From an uncultured Clostridia bacterium (GTDB taxonomy: Bacteria; Bacillota; Clostridia; Oscillospirales; JAAYOS01): a stretch of 20,249 nt of DNA. Shown piece after piece: positions 7,201 to 12,293 of the stretch (positions are counted from its first letter, which is position 1; the number at the start of each line of letters is the position of its first letter). Under the pieces are notes generated by a model, which was given only the letters and a program-made list of their open reading frames with translations, had not been told where the DNA came from and ran no database searches. Position numbers and translations under genes: made by a program. Location: assembly GCA_947585215.1 (NCBI GenBank), contig CANPWY010000019.1, positions 1-20,249 of the forward strand, written 5' to 3'.

Positions 7201-7895
7201 CTAGCATCCCGAGCGGCGCGAAGGTGCTTGTCAAGCTGGACGGCTCGCAGAAGCTGCTCGAGGGCTTCCTCCCGTCGGACGGCGAGCACTATGCCGATTT
7301 CCTCAACGATTCCATCCAGGCCTTCTCCTATGAGGGCAAGGGCGCGGACGGCTCCGACCTCGACATCGCCGTCTTTGCGAACACCCTCACAAACAAGGTC
7401 CATCAGCGCGACGAGTTCACCTTCATCGCAAACTTCGCTTTCGACGCCATGACGAGCGATCCGACCGACAAGGTCACCCGCGGCGAGGCCGTCGAGGCCA
7501 TCTGGGAAGCGGACGGCTCCGAGAAGGCCGTTTCTGCCGCCAAGTTCACCGACAACGCCACTTACGGCTGGGTCACAGACGCCATCAACTGGGCGGCCGA
7601 GAAGGGTATAGTCCTCGGCTACCCGGAGGGCAGCTTCTCCGCGAAGACCTTCATCTCCCGCGAGGAGTTCGTGACCATGCTCTGGCGTGCGAACGGCAGC
7701 AAGGAGGCCGACAAGGCCGCTCTTGACGGTTACACCGACGCCGGCGCCGTGAACGCCTACGCCAAGGACGCCATGGCCTGGGCCGTGAGCGAGGGATACA
7801 TCGTCGGCACCGGCAAGACGACCCTCTCGCCCGACCAGAACCTCACCTTTGAGCAGGCAGGCATCATCATTGCGCGCACGCTTGACGCTGAGTAA
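4263..7895 (+). CDS. Secreted, S-layer-homology-anchored M14 family zinc carboxypeptidase, 1210 aa
   Basis: I prefer the ATG at 4263 (MAKTL...), with AAGGTGA upstream, over the ORF-track start at 4221. A signal peptide (KKLVALLLAVALMLSVCVVPNAAAAA) is present. The M14 signatures occur in order: H299-S-N-E302, N429-R-D, F-H459-G-R and T-V-E559-V-P. Two C-terminal SLH-like repeats begin at FTDNATYGWVTDAINWAAEKGIV (about aa 1095) and YTDAGAVNAYAKDAMAWAVSEGYIVG (about aa 1157). Confidence 0.85.
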   Translation: MAKTLTHSKKLVALLLAVALMLSVCVVPNAAAAAGTTATATTPVYTGSFTNTSSDGGKDWISLTAERTFKVTVPVDMTEDEAKAIADDVVWTLDYDENAGYLDTKLYPNHTEGGEISSWLNQNNEPLFTKIATTVETTTDGKVNIVLTFSNTIYFYSRGNADASAPHSNGGAYLDICGWYYVTASVDGKDLGSAYTKINPYDNFHTMKEIYEEIDKIVDYAEENTDIYVHKDSMGKSAGQNGLESLDMPYLIIAKNKAATEKWLKIADQAETDPQSLLDDIKDGSIGDYQVPVLYSNVHSNEVAASDGVLGFAWMLVENAAVDTPIDYKELTGFTAEGEAELAKQLGPKGEEGSIAIPDLIADKATYLGFIKNGTISQKVDLEKYYTVEDKDVSTEELLEDVFFIIVPEENVEGRTYVTRHSSGGYDLNRDNSFQTQSETQNMTKLIATWNPVSFAEFHGRIQQFQVEPCDPPHEPNFEYDLLADHLVTGGEVLGIGAVANNDGHNSYVTPQRDYLSYTGEKNADGTYKTEWYDPWDDMSTSYTPQYSMLHGTVAYTVEVPAYDDYMATALPYGMLTQSVYIADEKDSYLTDQATIYLRGITNTNSDKEVGPWLTDRFDVEGAEATLFRPEYTGAGENGNFFPEAYIIPVDGTNQKNLQDAAEMIAYLIRNDVKVMKASESFTYDGVTYPAGTAIVSMYQAKRSVANGVLYNGTVITEWPVLYSEGITAFNHTRGFDMATVTEPAEYTEIAKVCAVSTDWNVTSSFIGDKNGTVVLLNTSEDAVKAVNTLLKAGKTVKLITEGKYDGSFIVSYADYESVSKDLTISAVSVAEEPASKTINAAPVIYINGKPADNDEGFVKTSLISSVTGYNYDREAMDLLGFTTTDDPAKADVIIGASRPDAAALEAIKDGVPYIAYGSSVASAVAGLFSEGAVVRNSVSRNAMDALAHVTYPEKNSPVTATYIAEGDDIMYGYGAGYFASIPSGAKVLVKLDGSQKLLEGFLPSDGEHYADFLNDSIQAFSYEGKGADGSDLDIAVFANTLTNKVHQRDEFTFIANFAFDAMTSDPTDKVTRGEAVEAIWEADGSEKAVSAAKFTDNATYGWVTDAINWAAEKGIVLGYPEGSFSAKTFISREEFVTMLWRANGSKEADKAALDGYTDAGAVNAYAKDAMAWAVSEGYIVGTGKTTLSPDQNLTFEQAGIIIARTLDAE

Positions 7896-7914
7896 GCGTA
7901 ATCTCAAATAAGTA

Positions 7915-7950
7915 TCCGCCCCGGCGCTTTTGCGCCGGGGCGGAGTTTAT
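7915..7950 (+). terminator. Intrinsic terminator of the M14 gene
   Basis: Perfect 13-bp stem TCCGCCCCGGCGC-tttt-GCGCCGGGGCGGA (7915-7944), followed by GTTTAT. Confidence 0.75.
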
Positions 7951-8042
7951 CCTGATATTTCCAATATCTGAAAGAGAATTGTCAAAAAATACATAAACTT
8001 GGGGAAGTATTCAATTTCTGCTAAATTTTCTTGCAATAATGC

Positions 8043-8071
8043 TTGACAAAAGCAAATAGTGCGGATATAAT
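8043..8071 (+). promoter_or_regulatory. Perfect consensus promoter TTGACA-17-TATAAT of the csp gene
   Basis: TTGACA at 8043-8048, exact 17-nt spacer and TATAAT at 8066-8071. An AT-rich, UP-like region lies at 7950-8040. Confidence 0.75.
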
Positions 8072-8097
8072 GATTTTGTACCGAGGCACGGCTGTAA

Positions 8098-8160
8098 CTC
8101 ACATTCCCTTGTAAGTCATTGCTGGTCCGCAACGCCTTACAAGGGAATGCGAGTTTTTTT
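8098..8160 (+). terminator. Terminator/attenuator-like hairpin plus U7 inside the csp 5' leader
   Basis: Perfect 14-bp stem CATTCCCTTGTAAG (8102-8115) / CTTACAAGGGAATG (8136-8149). It extends by 3 bp across one mismatch and is followed by TTTTTTT (8154-8160). It sits 43 nt upstream of the csp ATG and downstream of the promoter. Confidence 0.6.
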
Positions 8161-8202
8161 AGTTAGTTCCATCCGTACAAAATTCTTTTTGGAGGCAATA
8201 TC

Positions 8203-8412
8203 ATGACCGGAACAGTTAAGTGGTTCAACGAGAGCAAGGGCTACGGCTTCATATCCAACGACGAGGGCGGCGACGACGTGTTTGTCCACTTCTCCGCCAT
8301 TCTTGTCGACGGCTTTAAGACCCTCGCCGAGGGTCAGAAGGTCGAGTACGAGACCGAGCAGGATCCGAAGAACAGCGCAAAGCTTCGCGCTATCAACGTG
8401 CGTCCTCTCTGA
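8203..8412 (+). CDS. csp: Cold-shock protein (CspA family, CSD), 69 aa
   Basis: [17 protein letters not shown]...DVFVHFSAI carries the RNP1 (KGYGFI) and RNP2 (VFVHF) motifs. GGAGG at 8191-8195 lies 7 nt before the ATG. Confidence 0.95.
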   Translation: MTGTVKWFNESKGYGFISNDEGGDDVFVHFSAILVDGFKTLAEGQKVEYETEQDPKNSAKLRAINVRPL

Positions 8413-8429
8413 GATGTACGAATCAAGGG

Positions 8430-8457
8430 GGAGCGGTCGTGAGACCGCTCCTTTTGT
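8430..8457 (+). terminator. Intrinsic terminator of csp
   Basis: GGAGCGGTC-gtga-GACCGCTCC (8430-8451), followed by TTTTGT. Confidence 0.75.
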
Positions 8458-8470
8458 CTTATAAAAAACT

Positions 8471-8499
8471 TTCAAAAAATTTTTTAAAAATTTTTTGAA
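8471..8499. repeat. 29-nt perfect A/T-rich palindrome
   Basis: TTCAAAAAATTTTT (8471-8484), T, AAAAATTTTTTGAA (8486-8499). The arms are exact reverse complements around one central base. Confidence 0.9.
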
Positions 8500-8595
8500 A
8501 AAGCTGTCCCGAAATCATCCTGTCCGGACATATACAGGCAGACGGGAAAACCGGACCGAGGTTTTGCCGTTCGGAAAACGAAAGGGGTGTCATAA

Positions 8596-9492
8596 ATGAC
8601 AAAGAAGATGTTCGCACTGACTGCCGCCGCTCTGCTCCTTGCGCTGTTCTCGGGGTGCGCGACCTCCGGCGGGGAGAACCCGGACTTCGGGTACGCGGAG
8701 AACATCCATGCGGGACCCGTGCCCCTCGAGACGGAGGGGGAGAGCGACTACTTTGCCGAGACGTCGCTTCTCAACATCGACGGAGAGTTTGAGGCGCTTT
8801 CGCTGAAGCTTTGCCCGAGCGAGCCGTACTTCCTGCAGCTCGGAGCCAAGGGGCAGATGTTCCTCGGCGACACTCTCGGGTATGTCGAACGGCTCACCGA
8901 GAGCGGCGAATGGGAGTATGTATGCGACAGCATCCGCGTCGGGAGCGATACCTTCGAGGGCGGAAACGACAAAATAATGTCGCTCAGCTGGGACGGAAGC
9001 AGCAAATACGGAGGCGTACTCTGCTGCGTGCCGGTATTCGACCAACCGGGAGAGTACCGCGTCACGCTGAACTTCCGTGAGGTGAAGGAGAGAACGACCG
9101 AACTCGGGCAGTGGTGGTACTCGGAGGACGAGGTGCACAGCATATCCTTCCGCTTCACAGTGCCGGAGAAGAGCGATAAGCCGTTCGACCTGCTGTACTG
9201 CTGCATCACGGAGGGCTCGTACGGACGTCAGCGGCTGCTGATGACGATACGGATGAACGGTGAAGCTCCGGCACCGTATCTTCAGAGCGGCGACGACATA
9301 GTGCGCCGTGAGAAGGACGGACTCGCGAGTTACATTGTCTATGACGACGGGTCGTGGGGAGAGGGTACGGCCGTGCTTCGCTTCACGGAGAACGAAGACG
9401 GCTCGGGAGAGCAGTACGTCCTCACGCTGCGGCTTCCGGAGTCGGACGTCCCTTCGTCCGAGCCAGGCGCTTCGCCGGGGCTTGGCGATTAG
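8596..9492 (+). CDS. Putative lipoprotein of unknown function, 298 aa
   Basis: ATG at 8596 with AAAGGGG upstream. The signal peptide has the lipobox LFSG-C (MTKKMFALTAAALLLALFSGC). The mature part has no motif I recognise. It contains two Cys-Cys dipeptides (LCCVP, LYCCIT). Confidence 0.7.
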   Translation: MTKKMFALTAAALLLALFSGCATSGGENPDFGYAENIHAGPVPLETEGESDYFAETSLLNIDGEFEALSLKLCPSEPYFLQLGAKGQMFLGDTLGYVERLTESGEWEYVCDSIRVGSDTFEGGNDKIMSLSWDGSSKYGGVLCCVPVFDQPGEYRVTLNFREVKERTTELGQWWYSEDEVHSISFRFTVPEKSDKPFDLLYCCITEGSYGRQRLLMTIRMNGEAPAPYLQSGDDIVRREKDGLASYIVYDDGSWGEGTAVLRFTENEDGSGEQYVLTLRLPESDVPSSEPGASPGLGD

Positions 9493-9546
9493 TGAGGCGG
9501 GAGTCTGCATTTCGGACCCGAAACCTCTCCGTTTTGTGTCCTGCGC

Positions 9547-9575
9547 TTGACTTATTTTCCCCGTACTGGTATAAT
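9547..9575 (+). promoter_or_regulatory. Promoter of tyrS (TTGACT-17-TGgTATAAT)
   Basis: TTGACT at 9547-9552, 17-nt spacer, TGg at 9567-9569 and TATAAT at 9570-9575. This leaves a leader of only about 37 nt. Confidence 0.65.
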
Positions 9576-9618
9576 TATACCGTCTCTGCATTGAATAGAC
9601 GTATAAGGGGAGAAGAAT

Positions 9619-10851
9619 ATGACTATCTACGAGGAACTGAAGGCCCGCGGCCTCATAGCGCAGGTCACGAACGAAAAAGAGATAAGCGAGATGATAAACG
9701 CCGGAAAGGCGACGTTCTATATCGGCTTCGACTGCACGGCGGACAGCCTTACCGCCGGTCACTTCATGGCGCTCACGCTGATGAAGCGCCTCCAGCAGGC
9801 GGGCAACCGCCCGATAGCGCTTATCGGCGGCGGCACGACGATGATAGGCGACCCGTCCGGCCGGAGCGACATGCGCAAGATGCTCACCAAGGAGGATATC
9901 GACCACAACGCCGAGTGCTTCAAGCGCCAGATGGAGAAGTTCATCGAGTTCGGAGAGGGCAAGGCGCAGATGCTCAACAACGCCGACTGGCTGCTCGGCC
10001 TCAACTACGTCGAACTGCTGCGCGAGGTCGGCGCGTGCTTCTCCGTCAACAACATGCTCCGCGCCGAGTGCTACAAACAGCGCATGGAGAAGGGACTTTC
10101 CTTCCTCGAGTTCAATTACATGATAATGCAGTCCTACGACTTCTACTATCTCTACCAGCACTACGGCTGCAACATGCAGTTCGGCGGCGACGATCAGTGG
10201 TCGAACATGCTCGGCGGCACAGAGCTCATCCGCCGGAAGCTGGGCCGCGACGCCCACGCCATGACGATAACCCTCCTCACCGACTCGCAGGGCAACAAGA
10301 TGGGCAAGACCGCCGGCAACGCCGTCTGGCTTGACCCGAACAAGACCTCGCCCTACGACTTCTATCAGTACTGGAGAAACGTCGGGGACGCGGACGTGCT
10401 GAAGTGCATCCGTATGCTCACCTTCCTGCCCCTCGAGCAGATTGACGAGATGGAGCACTGGGAGGGCGCGGAGCTGAACCGCGCAAAGGAGATCCTTGCC
10501 TACGAGCTCACTAGCCTCGTCCACGGCGAGGAGGAGGCAAACCGCGCCCGTGAGGCGGCGCGCGGTATCTTCGCCGGCGCTGGCTCGACCGAGAACATGC
10601 CCTCGACCGAGCTCTCGGAGGAGGACTTTACCGACGGCGCGATAGACATTCTCACGATACTCACGAAGACCGGCCTTGCGCCGTCCCGCGGGGAGGCGCG
10701 CCGCCTCGTACAGCAGGGCGGCGTCAGCGCGAACGGCGAGAAGGTCGCGGACATCTCGGCAAAGTGGAGCATGGACGACTGCTCATCCGAGGACGGAATA
10801 GTCATAAAGAAGGGCAAGAAGATATTCCACCGCGTGAAGCTTGCAAAATAG
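9619..10851 (+). CDS. tyrS: Tyrosine--tRNA ligase
   Basis: 410 aa. The opening LKARGLIAQVTN is present, with a class I HIGH-region variant (DSLTAGHF), GDPSGRS, a KMSKS variant (KMGKT) and a C-terminal S4-like domain (SRGEARRLVQQGGVSANGEKV). AAGGGGAG precedes the ATG. Confidence 0.95.
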   Translation: MTIYEELKARGLIAQVTNEKEISEMINAGKATFYIGFDCTADSLTAGHFMALTLMKRLQQAGNRPIALIGGGTTMIGDPSGRSDMRKMLTKEDIDHNAECFKRQMEKFIEFGEGKAQMLNNADWLLGLNYVELLREVGACFSVNNMLRAECYKQRMEKGLSFLEFNYMIMQSYDFYYLYQHYGCNMQFGGDDQWSNMLGGTELIRRKLGRDAHAMTITLLTDSQGNKMGKTAGNAVWLDPNKTSPYDFYQYWRNVGDADVLKCIRMLTFLPLEQIDEMEHWEGAELNRAKEILAYELTSLVHGEEEANRAREAARGIFAGAGSTENMPSTELSEEDFTDGAIDILTILTKTGLAPSRGEARRLVQQGGVSANGEKVADISAKWSMDDCSSEDGIVIKKGKKIFHRVKLAK

Positions 10852-10888
10852 TCGCGGCGAATCGCGGCGCGGCATAGAGAAGATTTAT

Positions 10889-10919
10889 GAGGGCGGTACA
10901 GACGTACCGCCCTCAGTTT
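10889..10919 (+). terminator. Intrinsic terminator of tyrS
   Basis: GAGGGCGGTAC-agac-GTACCGCCCTC (10889-10914), followed by AGTTTG, a weak U-tract. Confidence 0.65.
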
Positions 10920-11124
10920 GTCAAATAACCTTACAGAGTTCGCCGCTTTAGCGGCGAATAGAGTCAAATGCATTTTCGGCGGCGTGAATGCGCCCCTCGA
11001 ATTGTTCAGCATCGGCACTTTCTACCGGGCGCATCAGACATCGTCGCTCCGCGCCGACGTCCCGACATTGTACGAAGCCGGAAATTCGCGAGCACGATTT
11101 CCCGAGAAAGAGCCCTCATTTTTG

Positions 11125-11153
11125 TTGCGTTGTTCCTAACACCGTGTTATAAT
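11125..11153 (+). promoter_or_regulatory. Putative promoter of the GH5/phosphorylase operon (TTGCGT-17-TGtTATAAT)
   Basis: TTGCGT at 11125-11130, 17-nt spacer, TGt at 11145-11147 and TATAAT at 11148-11153. This is about 36 nt before the ATG at 11190. Confidence 0.55.
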
Positions 11154-11189
11154 TATTGTGAATTTTTGTGTATATCGGAGGCGCAAAGT

Positions 11190-12188
11190 ATGAACACAAA
11201 GACTCAGACAAAGATAATAGCGATATTTACGATCGTCGTGCTGGCTTTCTCGGTCGTCGGCTCGATGTTCCTCGGCGCGCACGACAGGCCGCTCGAGCGT
11301 GTGAGCGAGCGCGGCCGCCTTCAGGTCATAGGAACGCAGCTCTGCGGCGAGGACGGCAAGCCGATAATCCTGCGCGGAATGAGTACGAGCGGCTTCATGT
11401 GGCACCCGGCGCTCTTTGAGCCGCTCGCTGTTCGGGAGCTCGCAGAGAGGACCGGCGCAAACCTCCTCCGCGTCGCTATGTACACCGGCGAGGGAGGATA
11501 CCTCCGCAACCCGTGGCAGGCGGACAAGATGTACGCGGCGATGGACGCGGCGATAGAAAACGACCTCTACGTCATCATCGACTGGCACATCCTCAGCGAG
11601 CACGATCCGCTGCCGCTGCTCGACCGCGCGAAGGAGTTCTTCGCCGTGACGGCGGAGCGCTATGCCGACTCGCCGAACGTCCTCTACGAGATATGCAACG
11701 AACCTAACGGCGACAACGTCACCTGGGCGGGCAGCGTTAAACCCTATGCCGAGGAGATAATCCCGGTCATACGCGAGCACGACCCGGACTCGGTGATACT
11801 CGTCGGCAGTCCGCACTGGAGCACCGGAGTCGTGGACGCTGCGGACGACCCGCTCGAGTTCGAGAACATCATGTATACATACCACTTCTACGCCGGCACT
11901 CACGGGGAGGCCGACCGCGAGAACATCGACTACGCGCTCGCACACGGCGCGCCGATATTTGTAAGCGAGTGGGGAACGACCGATTCCACCGGAGCGGGCG
12001 AGCTGTATCTCGACAGCGCCCGGGTGTGGGTCGACTTCATGGACGAACGCAACCTGAGCTGGGCCAACTGGTCATACTCGGCTTCCGGCGGCACCGGCGC
12101 TGTCCTGAGCGTATACAGCGACGGGACGTGGGACGAGAATTATCTCAGCGAGAGCGGCAAGTTCGTTTTTGCGCAGTTCCACAGATAA
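11190..12188 (+). CDS. Glycoside hydrolase family 5 endo-beta-1,4-glucanase (Cel5A-like), N-terminally membrane-anchored or secreted, 332 aa
   Basis: I use the inner ATG at 11190 (MNTKTQTK...), with GGAGG 8 nt upstream. The ORF-track start at 10968 adds an implausible Arg-rich extension. A hydrophobic segment IIAIFTIVVLAFSVVGSMFLGA is present. GH5 signatures are LRGMSTSG, YVIIDWHILSEHDP, YEICNEPNG (acid/base Glu), HFYAGTHG and FVSEWGT (nucleophile Glu). Confidence 0.88.
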   Translation: MNTKTQTKIIAIFTIVVLAFSVVGSMFLGAHDRPLERVSERGRLQVIGTQLCGEDGKPIILRGMSTSGFMWHPALFEPLAVRELAERTGANLLRVAMYTGEGGYLRNPWQADKMYAAMDAAIENDLYVIIDWHILSEHDPLPLLDRAKEFFAVTAERYADSPNVLYEICNEPNGDNVTWAGSVKPYAEEIIPVIREHDPDSVILVGSPHWSTGVVDAADDPLEFENIMYTYHFYAGTHGEADRENIDYALAHGAPIFVSEWGTTDSTGAGELYLDSARVWVDFMDERNLSWANWSYSASGGTGAVLSVYSDGTWDENYLSESGKFVFAQFHR

Positions 12189-12197
12189 CTCCGGTTC

Positions 12198-12229
12198 CCG
12201 CGCCGCAGACGGGACAGACGGCGGCGCGG
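12198..12229 (+). other. GC-rich inter-cistronic hairpin without U-tract
   Basis: CCGCGCCGC (12198-12206) / GCGGCGCGG (12221-12229) with a 14-nt loop. It is followed by ATCATGCG, so it is not a canonical terminator. Confidence 0.5.
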
Positions 12230-12293
12230 ATCATGCGACCCGCCGGCGCCTCGATGTATACCTTGAAAATAACGTGTATAGGGGGGAAAGACC

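Noticed and set aside
4419-7907. 1162-aa ORF on the minus strand fully overlapping the M14 peptidase gene. Similar long antisense ORFs occur at 12231..14606, 15861..18272, 18103..19578, 8590..10524 and 11136..11945.
   Set aside because: Their translations are low-complexity and rich in Arg, Gly, Val, Ala and Leu, with no motifs. They lack SD sequences and mirror well-supported sense genes. Long stop-free antisense frames are expected in GC-rich DNA.
7947-8132. 61-aa minus-strand ORF in the AT-rich csp upstream region. Also other short ORFs from the track, for example 753..953, 8137..8475 and 8484..8705.
   Set aside because: They lie in promoter, leader or terminator DNA. They have no SD, and their sequences look like translated AT-rich or antisense DNA.
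10920-11124. Long upstream region of the GH5 operon. It contains an 8-bp palindromic hairpin TTCGCCGC-ttta-GCGGCGAA (10938-10957) flanked by GTCAAAT direct repeats. I considered a riboswitch, an sRNA or a miniature insertion.
   Set aside because: I saw no promoter/terminator pairing, no recognisable riboswitch core (c-di-GMP, T-box and similar), and the 7-bp flanking repeats are short enough to be chance. This is worth an Rfam scan but not a claim.
10968-11189. 74-codon N-terminal extension of the GH5 ORF, and the overlapping ORF 10918..11139.
   Set aside because: The extension is Arg-rich, has no SD and runs through the predicted promoter. The inner ATG at 11190 has a GGAGG SD and is immediately followed by a signal/anchor segment.
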